Origin: Priapulus caudatus
Lineage: Eukaryota
Length of the DNA stretch: 41,924 nucleotides
Assembly (NCBI RefSeq): GCF_000485595.1
Contig: NW_014577073.1
Span: 851,684 to 893,607, forward strand
Reading direction: 5' to 3'
Shown here: one piece after another, positions 24,601 through 34,569 of the stretch
How positions within the stretch are numbered: position 1 is the stretch's first letter
Layout of the letters: the number at the start of each line of letters is the position of its first letter
Program-made: the position numbers and the translations under genes
Notes under the pieces: model-generated
Database searches by the model: none
The model's input: the letters and a program-made list of their open reading frames with translations, nothing else
Told to the model about the DNA's origin: nothing

Positions 24601-25354
24601 ATGCGACACATTTCGAAATTGCACAAATCAAGCTTAACACTTCTCTGCAAGCAAGCACGTTACCATTGCAGATAGAATTGGAAGGATGTAAATGCCGGCA
24701 GTCTGAACAGCACACAAGAGCCATGTTCCTGAGGGGTCAAACGTCATCGCAACAACTTCCGATAACATGTCAAGGTTCCATTCCAACCGCCGGACAACAG
24801 CTGGTGCCGCACCAACACAGTAGTGCACCACAAGCGATCCTATTATAGAAAAATGTATTATGTGCAATTGTTTACCGAAATAATTACACAGATTTTGAAT
24901 GCTAACTGCACTCGTACCCGATGTTATTGCATAACCAGTGAGCCATTGCATCAATTCAATCTATATGCTAATTCATGTCAATAGATTTTTTTCTAACCTA
25001 TTGTTATAAATTACAGATATTGGTATCAAGTTACAGCTTAGCAACATACAGCAGGGTTGTACCTGCGTTTTATCCTGTTTACAGAACGTGTGCCAAATGC
25101 ACTGAGCTTTCACACATTACCCCCACGAGTACAAATCTGACAGTTCTCAGGGTCCACGACAACTCACCATCGCTACAGAGGATAGCGAGGAGGCTACGTT
25201 CGGCGCAGTTGGTCGTTGCAAACAGCTTAATATCCGGCGGTGCCAACACGTCGATCGCCTGCTCCGTGTGGTCGATGGCATTTGTGCCGTGTACGGGAAT
25301 CTGGTATAGATTCTCTAGATCGAGTATCCTCACCAGCTCAAACAGAGGGAACAT
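9112..25354 (-). CDS. ca: Multi-exon RCC1-repeat protein, claret/GLO-4-like putative Rab32/38 GEF; 3' end lies left of the window, at least one internal exon missing
   Basis: Hand-spliced exons with AG/GT ends and matching phases: 25354-25168, 24839-24664, 24206-24131, 23896-23829, 23429-23307, [phase break], 22734-22613, 22315-22154, 21653-21516, 21137-21004, 20770-20628, 20050-19820, 19518-19412, 19232-19140, 18955-18840, 18639-18543, 18380-18272, 17655-17451, 16503-16257, 15881-15763, 14216-14093, 13621-13467, 12665-12515, 10138-9991, 9623-9112 (>1,200 codons). N-terminal beta-propeller-like region, helical middle, then RCC1 repeats ([52 protein letters not shown]). RCC1 call is firm; claret orthology is from recalled architecture. 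Confidence 0.75.
9991..10138 (-). CDS. claret-like RCC1 exon (GQVFTFG..GQLGLG...SGFFHN), frameshifted by probable read errors
   Basis: cag|GGCCAAGTT start, AAT|GTAAGC donor; motif recoverable by comparison with second copy 2775-2629. Confidence 0.7.
10255..10787. mobile_element. Helentron/HINE-like fragment (shared terminus with 2881 and 27463)
   Basis: ATGAAA-GTGTCA-A-TGACAC hairpin-TATAGCTCAC occurs at 2881, 10255, 27463; AGATGGCGCTA follows at ~10503 and ~27630. Confidence 0.45.
11486..12300. mobile_element. HINE/DINE-like repeat with internal 230-310-bp tandem units and (GACG)n tract
   Basis: TTTGCCAAAAAGT..GCGTGGCTC.AAAGTAGG at ~11579, ~11804, ~12111; GACGGACGGACG at 12264; related copy 30465-30860. 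Confidence 0.65.
12515..12665 (-). CDS. claret-like RCC1 exon ([15 protein letters not shown]...AGYAHSAIL)
   Basis: aattttag acceptor, ATG|GTAATG donor, RCC1 motif. Confidence 0.92.
12831..13243 (-). mobile_element. Complete non-autonomous Helentron (HINE/DINE-1 type)
   Basis: Subterminal IRs ATACCCCCGC (12862) / GCGGGGGTAT (13232), terminal hairpin ATCACT-GAT-AGTGAT (12845), hairpin CAAAC-TTC-GTTTG next to other subTIR, GAC(A/C) tetranucleotide tract, AA/TT flanks. Confidence 0.8.
13467..13621 (-). CDS. claret-like RCC1 exon ([15 protein letters not shown]...CGQYHTLAL)
   Basis: ctgcag acceptor, AG|GTTAGT donor, RCC1 motif. Confidence 0.92.
14093..14216 (-). CDS. claret-like RCC1 exon (LGHKN...[15 protein letters not shown])
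   Basis: gtttcag acceptor, GGC|GTAAAT donor, RCC1 motif. Confidence 0.9.
14437..15211. mobile_element. Foldback MITE, ~325-bp TIRs, 7-bp TSD ATATAAT (P/Galileo-like)
   Basis: Arms 14437-14760 and 14886-15211 near-perfect inverted; CAGGAG...CTCCTG; ATATAAT at 14430 and 15212. Confidence 0.92.
15763..15881 (-). CDS. claret-like exon, first RCC1 repeat ([20 protein letters not shown])
   Basis: catttccag acceptor, CG|GTCAGT donor, RCC1 motif. Confidence 0.9.
15985..16082. repeat. Purine-only 20-bp tandem repeat
   Basis: GAGGAAGAGAGAGAAGGAAA x3-4. Confidence 0.85.
16257..16503 (-). CDS. claret-like exon (TMDGSMSS...[11 protein letters not shown]...KEL)
   Basis: gatgcag acceptor; donor CTG|GTCAGT or in-frame GGC|GTGAGT (exon end 16245). 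Confidence 0.8.
16631..17008. mobile_element. TTAA-flanked MITE (Kolobok/piggyBac-type)
   Basis: TTAA-AGTGATTACGTCAC ... GTGACGTAATCAAT-TTAA, 14-bp TIR with one mismatch. Confidence 0.65.
17205..17369. repeat. AT-rich ~30-bp minisatellite
   Basis: AATAAATTCCCTATAAATTAATTAATTAGC repeated ~5 times. Confidence 0.9.
17451..17655 (-). CDS. claret-like exon ([10 protein letters not shown]...FDPSR...HRK)
   Basis: cgttgcag acceptor, AG|GTGCGT donor, phases 1/2. Confidence 0.85.
17683..17829. repeat. Imperfect (GCA/GTA)n trinucleotide tract
   Basis: gcagcagca/gtagtagta runs; second version 18060-18140. Confidence 0.9.
18272..18380 (-). CDS. claret-like exon ([12 protein letters not shown]...VVP)
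   Basis: ttgttccag acceptor (in-frame alternative 48 nt upstream), G|GTGAGC donor. Confidence 0.7.
18543..18639 (-). CDS. claret-like exon ([10 protein letters not shown]...LLAK)
   Basis: tatctcag acceptor, AAG|GTAGGA donor. Confidence 0.8.
18840..18955 (-). CDS. claret-like exon ([19 protein letters not shown]...TSF)
   Basis: tttttag acceptor, AG|GTAGTA donor, phases 0/2. Confidence 0.8.
19140..19232 (-). CDS. claret-like exon ([10 protein letters not shown]...SNSK)
   Basis: cttgcag acceptor, AAG|GTAAGT donor, 31 codons. Confidence 0.8.
19412..19518 (-). CDS. claret-like exon ([16 protein letters not shown]...YQVSK)
   Basis: ttgttgtag acceptor, AAG|GTAATT donor. Confidence 0.8.
19820..20050 (-). 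CDS. claret-like exon (NLGII...[23 protein letters not shown]...ELL)
   Basis: tcgcag acceptor, G|GTGAGT donor, strong coding bias. Confidence 0.85.
20117..20605. mobile_element. Degenerate foldback MITE with ~150-bp imperfect TIRs
   Basis: ctagctggtgacagaatttatcagaacaaggaaat (20201) inverts to atttccttgtgctgataaatcttgtcaccagctag (20490); internal partial repeat 20281-20380. Confidence 0.7.
20628..20770 (-). CDS. claret-like exon (ASPDATV...AQAIAT)
   Basis: gttgtag acceptor, G|GTATAC donor, phases 2/1. Confidence 0.7.
21004..21137 (-). CDS. claret-like exon (VPGEASS...PNTPNR)
   Basis: ttttacacag acceptor, AG|GTACAT donor, phases 0/2. Confidence 0.7.
21516..21653 (-). CDS. claret-like exon ([11 protein letters not shown]...EMGRT)
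   Basis: tttatag acceptor; donor ACG|GTTTGT (an alternative in-frame GT lies 15 nt further). Confidence 0.6.
22154..22315 (-). CDS. claret-like exon ([14 protein letters not shown]...EAKQ)
   Basis: cgcag acceptor, CAG|GTAGGA donor, 54 codons. Confidence 0.8.
22613..22734 (-). CDS. claret-like exon (DSHPRFLPV...KDGLLR)
   Basis: actctttcag acceptor, AGG|GTAAAA donor; phase-1 start implies an unseen upstream exon. Confidence 0.6.
22800..22919. repeat. (CT)n/(CTAT CT)n microsatellite abutting gap
   Basis: Direct inspection. Confidence 0.9.
22930..23120. repeat. 35-bp minisatellite, 5-6 visible copies
   Basis: CGAATGTTACCTGCATGACATATACAGATATACAA. Confidence 0.95.
23307..23429 (-). CDS. claret-like exon 5 ([14 protein letters not shown]...TTYLL)
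   Basis: tttttctag acceptor, CTG|GTATGT donor, 41 open codons. Confidence 0.8.
23473..23652. repeat. Compound (CA)n/(CACG)n microsatellite
   Basis: Direct inspection. Confidence 0.95.
23829..23896 (-). CDS. claret-like exon 4 ([22 protein letters not shown])
   Basis: ttttacag acceptor, AAG|GTTTGA donor, phases 1/0. Confidence 0.8.
24131..24206 (-). CDS. claret-like exon 3 ([18 protein letters not shown]...)
   Basis: aacag acceptor, G|GTAGGA donor, phases 0/1 consistent. Confidence 0.75.
24664..24839 (-). CDS. claret-like exon 2 (SLVVHY...[10 protein letters not shown]...ILSAM)
   Basis: ttctataatag acceptor, ATG|GTAACG donor, WD40-like FDPSGTWL. Confidence 0.8.
25168..25354 (-). CDS. claret-like exon 1 (MFPLFELVR...LCSDG)
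   Basis: ATG at 25354 downstream of acceptor tttcag at 25401; donor G|GTGAGT; phase 1 matches next exon. Confidence 0.7.
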
Positions 25355-26253
25355 TTTGTGAATCGAACCAAATTCCTCGGCGCATAGCTCACCGCCGATT
25401 CTGAAATTTAAAATCAGGAACACACGGTTACCTCGTGGAGTAAGATTGGTAGATAATAGACATAAAAGTTAAAATGAGGTTGAGAATGAACAACATATCG
25501 AATATAGTGATGCAGATAAATACATATCAAGATATGCATGTGTAAACACACGCACTGATTATTGTGTAAATATACTATAATTTACACATACATCTTGGAC
25601 CTTGTGACACCATGTCTCATCCTGATACTGTACATTTATTCTCAGTTTTTCTGCTTCTTCATCAGAATATAAATTAAACGCATAATCAACCGAGTACTAG
25701 TTTACCAAGAAACAAAACAAAACAAAATATGACTTCCACCGAGGTCATTATTTAATAGAGCGGCAGTGTGAACAAAATTTGTAGTAATACATAGTCGGTC
25801 TCGTATAATGATTACATTTTGTATTACAAAGTTCCCAATTACGATGGTGCTAACATATAGTGTAATCTCCTCATATAATGATGAATATTTTGTATCACAG
25901 GGGTGGCAATTCAGACAATTCTTGTCTTCAGGTAAATTTTTTTTGTTACCAGCTCCTATACATACTAGGAAAATAAAACACAGACAAGTTACAAAACAAA
26001 TGAGCTGAATTCATATTAAAATTTGGTCAATTCATTACTAGTATGAAACAAACATGCCACCAAATCTCTATTAATGCAAATCATGGAAAATTATTTAAAA
26101 TTTATATTTCAAAATAATTTACTATACTTTATTACGAACGAATTGCAAAAAATCTTAGTGCAATTTTTGTATTGTCACTTGCTCACTTTGTTGTTCCATA
26201 CTCAAAATCCAATCACAGTCAACGAGTCAGGCACTGCATTATATGCATGTCAT

Positions 26254-26981
26254 CAAGAGCATATAAAGAAGGAGAGCGTACAACGGTAAAATGCTGAAAC
26301 CATGTTGCAGTATTAGTCGAATTCATAAACTTTCCCCGTGTTATTTTGACGATTCTTTGCAGTATTATTGATCAGCTGTCCTACCTTGTTCATATAAAAC
26401 AAACCGCATGTCCTTACGATGCCCATACGCTGAGATAATGAGCGGTGAAAATCTGGTATTTTCGCTGAACACCGATTAGACATTAGTCAGTACTGCAACC
26501 CTCTCTCGAAGTGTGGCCAGTGTGTTGCTTCCGGTCGCCGCTGTGTAGCGTCATAGTGGCGCTGACTCACGTCATACTACCAGAGTTTACTATACATCCA
26601 GCGTGAGGTGAGCGTGAGGTGGGCACAGGTGGGGGTCATCACTATGGCAATCAATAACAGACGTCATTCATTCCATTTGTCAATCATTGACGGAAACACG
26701 CGAGGTTTACCGAAGTTATAACACTTCGAGAGAGGGTTGCAGTACTTTCTAATGTCTAGTCGGTGTTCAGCGAAAATACCAGATTTTCACCGCTCATTAT
26801 CTCAGCGTATGGGCATCGTAGGGACATGCGGTTTGTTTTATATGAACAAGGTAGGACAGCTGATCAATAATACTGCAAAGAATCGTCAAAATAAAACGGG
26901 AAAAGTTTATTAATTTGACTAATACTGCAACATGGTTTCAGCATTTTACCGTTGTACGCTCTCCTTCTTTATATGCTCTTG
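26254..26981. mobile_element. Foldback MITE, ~260-bp TIRs, 7-bp TSD ATGTCAT (P/Galileo-like)
   Basis: CAAGAGCATATAAAGAAGGAGAG...CTCTCCTTCTTTATATGCTCTTG; arms 26254-26514 and 26721-26981; ATGTCAT at 26247 and 26982. Confidence 0.93.
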
Positions 26982-28831
26982 ATGTCATTTATATTCACAA
27001 ACTACAGCGGTATAGTAGGCCTAATTGCGTCACCGCTAAGGCGCTAACTATGTGAGCACTCAAAGGCAGTTACTGATTACCGATCTGTTTGTTTTGAGTA
27101 CAGTCAAAGGATCTGTGCGAGGAGGGAGGAGGTAGAGTAGTGATAAGGAGCAGGGAGGAGCAGAAGGGTATGAGCTCAAGAAGGTAACTGGAGTGTGTGA
27201 AGCTGCAGGCTGGAATGGGGAGATGTTAGCAGTGGAGTATAGGGAGAAGGGCAAAGGATCGAGCGGTAAGAAGATAGAATCAAGAGCTAATAATATGAGG
27301 TATTTATTATTAGCTCTTGATAGAATGTGAAGGTAGGAAGTGGAGGGGAAGAGACATAAGAAAATGGCAGGGAAAGGAAGGGTGGAAAAGATGGATAATG
27401 CTGCTAAAGGGTAGGGAGTAGGAGAGGGAAAAGTAGAGCAGGAAGAAGCGAAGTTGAGATGGATGAAAGTGTCAATGACACTGTAGCTCACCACAAAAAA
27501 GGACACAAATGAGTGAGTAAGAAGTCAGTTTTAATTGAGCAACCATCGACGTACATTATAAAAACGATTGCCATCTGTATATCGCAATAATAATTTATAA
27601 ACTAAAATGAATCACAATTTGTGACCGTAGATGGCGCTATACCCGCTTTGTAGCGATGGCGTTTGAAATAAATAGGTTATGCTGCGTTCCGACATGTTTT
27701 GTAAAACTTTACTCTGCCTTTTGAGTGCGCCACCGTCGTTGTAATCAAACTGTAGTCGTTAGTTTTAAAACATTTTTTAATAATATTTCTAATGCCGGTG
27801 ATTGAACCATGAAACTTTTTATGTAGCGTAATTTTAACCTAAATTAACTGAAAATAACCCTAGAACCTAGAGTGAACGATCTTTTTAATAACAACAAATA
27901 ATTTTTACAATTAAATTTTTATTTTATTTTTTTAATTAAATTTTAATTAGGGTTAGGGTTAGGGTCACAATGCACCATAAAACAGGAGTTTCAGGAACGT
28001 GATTTGTAGCTGCGAGTGTAATATACTAATAATATTATACTGTGCATGTGCCGTGGTTTACTGAATATTGTGCATAACTTGAGTCAAACAGGATACACAC
28101 ACTCACGTGGTATTATTGCAATATTTAAATGTAGGAAGTAATAATTTCTGTACTGTATTTTTACTTTTATATAATTACTGATGATAGTGATACACCCCCG
28201 CATACTTAACATAGTCAGGGATAAACACACGACACACACACCACACATTTATTTGATTGTTAAACCTCACGAGCACTTACAGCTAGTAATCGCTGGCTCA
28301 CAGATTGTAATGTGTGACGTCCTCTTTCGTAACTGTCAAATTGATCGTACATACATTTAGGTTTGTAAAAGAGCACACATGTTTAGAAACTCCAAGCAGA
28401 ATTCAACAACAAATCAGGCGATTAACAACAGAACATTTAGGTAAACACGATATCCAGGTGGCGCACGAGTCGTCGTCGTCACCGGTAATCATTATCGTGA
28501 GTAACATTTCCAAAACAGTAAAGAATATTTTCACAAGTATTTCGGCAGACAAGTATATACAGACGCAATTAGGCATGTGTTTAAATATAAAATCAGGATT
28601 TGTATTATTTGCTATTAAGAGCAGTTCTCAATTTCGGTTATGACAGTATCTTGTATCTTTTATCTTGGGGTCCCTCTCAAGTTGTATTTCACAAGGCACT
28701 GATTCTCTCTTTGGAATGTGCAGGGAAATCCTGTAGATAAGGAAATTCTGTCTGCAAGTTAGCATTAATTATTTTACTTTCTCTAATTGATAATGCCTTT
28801 CTAATAGTGTTTGTAGCTGTACGTAGTACTA

Positions 28832-29478
28832 TAGATACAATAATGTAACCCAAACCCAAGAAGGATAGGTTACAAACGCGAGCCTATACCTTTTTGCGGA
28901 GGAATGCACCGGTAATCAACTCGGGCAGGTTTGCTGTGTATTTTCAGAGACTAGAACTTCCAAACTGGGTTTATTCTCAACACAAACCTTTCTCCGACGC
29001 TATCTGGGAACTTACTTTGTATCGGGCAATACTCTGTATTAACTATAAAACCTGTTATAAAAATTCGAAAGTGACAGCGGGCGATATATTGAGCGCCATT
29101 TCTGTTGACCTGTGACGTACTTCGTTTGAAGAGCGGATTCACGCGACCAATCGAGGCGCTGCGTTTGCCGATCGCTATGGCGCATTGGAAATGCGTACGT
29201 CACAGGTACAACGAAATGGCGCTCAGTAATATCGCCGCTCGTCACTTCGAATTTTTATAACAGGTTATATTAGTTTAATACAGAGTATTGCGATACAAAG
29301 TAAGTTCCCAGATAGCGGAGAAAGGTTTGTGTTGAGAATAAACCCAGTTTGGAAGTTCTAGTCTCTGAAAATACACCAGCAACTGCCCGAGTGATTCACT
29401 CGGGCATTCTCTCGCCAAAAAGGTATAGGCTGCGTTGTAACCCTATGCCTCTTGGTTTTTGGTACATTATTGTATCTA
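28832..29478. mobile_element. Foldback MITE, ~285-bp TIRs, apparent 9-bp TSD GTAGTACTA (Mutator-like)
   Basis: TAGATACAATAATGTA...TACATTATTGTATCTA; GTAGTACTA at 28823 and 29479. Confidence 0.8.
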
Positions 29479-29561
29479 GTAGTACTACTACTACTACTAC
29501 TAGTAGTCAGTACTACTACTGTACTAACGCCAAGTAACGCAGGTGCTGTAACGCTGAGAGT

Positions 29562-29899
29562 GTCTATGTCCCCCATCCATGGCCATGCACTGGCCGGAAC
29601 GTACCCTGGGTACGGTCCGGTAATACCGGGTATGTTAAATCAACGTGATTTATATGCTCTGCTGTACTATCAGTAATATGCCGGTCTGTAGCCGATTCAC
29701 CCCCCACCCCCCCCCCCCCGCCCCCCCCCCTCACCCCTCCCCCCCTTACTCGGCCTACTCCACTAACGAGTCCTAGGGACGTTCGCCTACGGCCTACTCC
29801 CTAAACCCTAACCATATCAGATAGTTACCAGGGTAACGTTCGGTAATACCCGGACCGTACCCAGGGTAACGTTCCGGTAAGTACCTGGGGGACATAGAC
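29562..29899. mobile_element. Small TIR element with internal inverted repeats
   Basis: GTCTATGTCCCCCA / TGGGGGACATAGAC; CCCTGGGTACGGTCCGGGTA / TACCCGGACCGTACCCAGGG; internal poly-C. Confidence 0.65.
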
Positions 29900-30464
29900 C
29901 TAATGAGGTCTGCTAACTAAATGCGTACCTAGCTAGGCACTGTGGCAGGTTGAAGATTCGGGCTGTAGCTTGTAAGTCTGTAGTAGGGTTATATATGGAT
30001 AGGCTATAGCCTATGGCATGAAGTTTTAAAAAGCCGATAGCGACACCAAAAAACCTCATGTTCCAACCGGAATTGTAGCAGTAGTGAACTATAATGTTCG
30101 TGATAGTATTAGCTCACACACACATTTTTTGAAAAAAAACAATACAGTTTTAATGCCGTTGAAGCAATTTAAAGGTATATTGGCGAGATTTTCCAGTTTT
30201 TCCCTTCACTTTCAATGATACCTACCGTTATTGCTTGCAGAACAGCAATTGTCTAGAGCTAAGAGCAAATAAAATGTCCTTTAGAACCTTGTATATCAAA
30301 CCAAANNNNNNNNNNNNNNNNNNNNNNNNNATATATAGACGTTTTATCGCATTCGGCGTGGCAGAGGAAATACCAATTTTCCATTAATATATTGTCAAGA
30401 AATCTTGTAAATACGAACAGACGAGGGTGACACACAGGACTGTTTGTGTACTATATAACTATAG

Positions 30465-30860
30465 CCAAAACCTACCTATTTGCATAATTTTTTTTAAATA
30501 TTAAAACCCTAGCCCCTTTATTCATTCACATACCAAAAATAGCAAATACGTTGAACCTGCCGAACTGACTAATGGCAATTCCCATTTTGCCAAAAATCGC
30601 CGTAGCTCGAAAGTACGGCGACTAGGCTGCTCCTAAATTGGACGTTTAATATGGAGCATAGCAGTAACAACTACACCCAATTCAAACATGCTGGGTCAAC
30701 GGTTCCTTGAGTTATCTGTTGCACGAAGACAAGATGTTGGATGACGGACGGCACTGAGATGCCCGCACGGAACGGACGTACGACGGCGACGGCGAACACC
30801 TCATGGCACTAGCCTCAGCTTGACGATGTCAACAATTCTCCCACCCCGTCTGAGCTTAAA
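30465..30860. mobile_element. Copy of the 11486-12300 HINE-like family (noisy)
   Basis: ttattcattcacataccaaaaat, gttgaacctg, gacggacg tract shared. Confidence 0.7.
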
Positions 30861-32262
30861 ACACCATACTGGAGCTGGGAACGAATGCCGGCTTTATCTG
30901 TGATATTACGATTGCTCATGTAATACGTATATGAAGATGCCGGCGTTTGCAAGAAGACGAACATGGACGCCGGACACTCAAGCGAAGGGGATTATATCTT
31001 CGCACACAAGTTTTAAGTAACTGCTTGCCTTTTTATTAATGCTAGATGTGCCCATTAGAAAACACCAGTATAATATAAACTTCTTTCAATATTTTTTGGT
31101 TTACAACTACAAGCAATGGTGCCTAAACCACAATTGCACATTAGTGCATGAAACTCATGTGAGAACCATTTCCACCTGCCATTGTGCTCGCTTACCAATG
31201 TGTCACACTTTAAAATGGCTTCTTATTTACTTTTCATGCACGATTTTGTCTAATTATTACCTTAAATTATTTAATTTCTTAAATTATTCTTAAATTATAT
31301 TAATCTTAAATATATTAAATTATTATTATTCTTTCAACAATAGTAAATTCCCCCCATTAGGCCTTACTCGCTATTATCAACTCGCCCCAGGCTAGGGGCC
31401 TGCCATACCTCAAATCAATTGGGTTGATACAAACTACCGGCTTCTTCAACTTGCCCATTGACATCACATGTGTAGTCATTATTATGACAATCCAAAATGC
31501 TATATACAAACAATAAGGCCTCAATAGGCCGAACGCGGTATCCAGCGCCGGGCCGTCACGTGGCCTGAAATGTACTTGTCTTTTGCGATCTGAATCTCAC
31601 TCAGCTTTTATAATATTTCCTGTTTTCTGTATTTTTTCCACTTTTTACAGGTTTTGTCTTTCAAAAAGCATTACCATTTAACTATTTTTCCCCAATTAAC
31701 TGGCAATAGTTACTATTGCAATTTATTTACAACAATTTTAATTAGGGATAGTTAGGCTTAGGGCCATATACTACATACAACTGGTACTTACTGCTATAGA
31801 CATAATCGTTATTACCACACGTATATTTTACAACAGATACGCTAATTTTAATTAGCTGTTATTAATTAATGTACACATTCAACGGCTACTAAATCTTGAA
31901 CGCCGGCGCCATGAACCCGGACTAGGACTCGTGCGTGCCACCCGAAAAGCTCTGCGCCGCCGTATTTAACAAATTGTATTTATTGCACATTACAGACCGC
32001 AGGCGCTTAATCACAAAAGTGCAATGTATATTTATACCTATATAGTATTAGCGAACGACTATTCATTTCTAGCGGCAAATTTATCCTAATCTATACTGAA
32101 CGATATGTTCGTTTATACAGATATTAACTAATCATTTGCTTTGAAATTAATAAATAAGAAAGCAGGCGTGTTTACACCGTACAGGTCGTACCCTCGATCT
32201 GTAGCCCTGAGCTGAAGGCGTTTGCCGCAACTTATCAGCATTCGTGCAGCCCTTTTGCAGTG

Positions 32263-34569
32263 GGCGCACCCCACGGCGGTCGTTGTAGATCAAACTGATG
32301 TACACTGGCGCCGATACCTTCTTCTCTGGTGTGTAGTTTAAAACATTTTTGTTTAAATATATTTCTATGCGCGTGCAATGAACATTAGTAAACTTTATGT
32401 AGCCAGGAATTTTACTAAATTAAACTGAAAAACCTAGAACGCTAGACGTGAAACGAATCTTTTTAATACAACACTAATAAGTTTTTACCAATGTAAAGTT
32501 TTATTTTATTTTTTTTACATTAAATTTTAATATAGAGGTTAGCGCGTTAGGGGTCACAATGCCATAAAACAGGGGGAGTTTCGAGCGAATACGTGATTTG
32601 TAGCGCGAGCTGTACCTAATATTACTATATAATATGATGCGCTGCATGTGCGTGCACCGTTATACGAATTATTCGTGCGTAACTTGTAGTCAAACAGGAT
32701 ACCACACTCACGTGGTATTATTGCAATATTTAAAAATGTAAGGAAGTAATAATTTCTGTACTGTCAATTTTACTTTTATATATATTTACTGATGATAGTG
32801 CATAAGTTTACACCCCGCATCACTTAACAGTCAGGATAAACACACGACACACACACACACATTTATTTGGATTGTTAAAGCCTCACGGCCTACTTTACAG
32901 CCTAGCTATAAATCGCTGGCCTCACTAGATTGTAATGCTGTTGACGTACCTCTGGCGCCTCGGTAACTTGTCAAATTGCATCGTACATACATTTAGGTTG
33001 TAAATGAGCAACATGTTTAGATGTTAGCTGATACAAAATGGGTTAAAACTCCAAGGCAGCAATTTCAAACAACAAATCAGCGTATTAACACAGCCGAACA
33101 TTTACGCGTAAACACGCATATCCATGCGTGGCGCCGGAGTCGGTCGTCACCGTCACGCGTATCATTATTTCGCTGCAGTAACTCATTCAAACAGTTAAGA
33201 AGGAATATTTCTCAACATAGGTATTCGCTACGACCTGTATAACAGACGCATTAGCCATGTGTTTAGAAAGGAAATCAGAATTTGTATTATATTGCCCCTA
33301 TAAAGCGATTCTCAATTTCGGCTTTATGACAGTATCCTTGATCCTTTTACTGGTCCCTCCTCAAGCTTGTATTTCACAAGCCGCACTGATTCGTGGCTCT
33401 TTGGAATGCTGCAGGGGAAATCCTGTGCATAAGGAACAGCTGTCTGCCAATCTTAGCATAATTATTTTACTTTCTCTAACTTGATAATGCCATCAATAGT
33501 GTTGTAGCTAGCTTACGTGTAGTACTATAGATACAATAATGTAACCCAAACCCAGAGGATAAGGTTAGCAACGCGAAGCATATACCTTTTGTGCGGAGGA
33601 TGCCGGCAGCTGAAGTCACGTCCGGCAGGTTTGCTGCGTGTTTCAGAGACATAGAACTTTCCAACTGCGTTTTTCTCAACACAACTCTTCTCCGCCTATC
33701 TGCGGCAACTTACTTTGTATCGCAATACTCTGTATTAAACTAATAAAAACCTTGTTGGTATAAATTCGCAAGTGTACGAGCGGCGAATATATTGAGCGCC
33801 ATTTCTGGGGGACCTTGTGGACGTACTTTCGCGTATGAGCAGCGGATCACACGAACAATTCGGAGGGCGCGTCAGCGTTTTTAGCCGATCGCTATGCCGC
33901 GATTGGAAATGCGATTAGCTGTCACAGGTTCAACAGAAATGTGCGCTCAGTATAATTCGTCCAGCTCGTCACTTATCCGGAAGTTTTTTATAACAGGCTT
34001 ATATTAGTTTAATACAGAGTTATTTGCCGATACAAGTAAGTATCCCACGCATGAGCGGAGAAAGGTTTGTGTGAGAGATAAACCCAGTTTTTCGAAGTTC
34101 TAGTCTCTGAAAATCTACACAGCGAAACCTGCCCCGAGTGATTCACTCGCGCATTCTCCGCAAAAAGGTATAGCCGATCGCGTCTGTGTAACCTATCCTC
34201 TTGGCGCTTTGCGTTACATTATATGCTATCTAGTAGTACTACTACTACTACTACTAGTAAGTAGTACTACTACTGTACTAACGCAAGTAACGCAGTGCCT
34301 GTAACGCTGAGAAGTGCTATGTCCCCATAGCCAATGGCCATAGGCCACTGCCGAACGTCCCTGGCGTACGGTCCGGGTATCCGGGTATGTTAAGTCACAC
34401 GCTTGATTTATGATGCTCTGCCTGGTACTATCATATGCCGTTCTGTACCTCGCCTACTCACTAACGAGTCTAGGGAGTCGCTACGCCTACTCCCTAACCC
34501 CTAACCATATCAGTAGTTACCAGGAGTACGCTTCCGCGTATACGGACCTGTACCCAGCGCGTACGTTCC
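32263..34569 (+). repeat. Indel-rich direct duplicate of 27725-29876 (includes second copy of the 9-bp-TSD MITE at 33528-34232)
   Basis: Colinear throughout, same MITE insertion site. Confidence 0.92.

Noticed and set aside
24387..24848. 153-aa plus-strand ORF and overlapping Cys-rich 100-aa minus ORF
   Set aside because: Explained by overlap with exon 24839-24664 in another frame; no independent support
27060..27506. 148-aa ORF in purine/pyrimidine-skewed tract
   Set aside because: Compositional ORF with no motif or splice support
27947..27964. (TTAGGG)3 telomere-like repeat
   Set aside because: Only three units, embedded in an interspersed repeat; not a telomere
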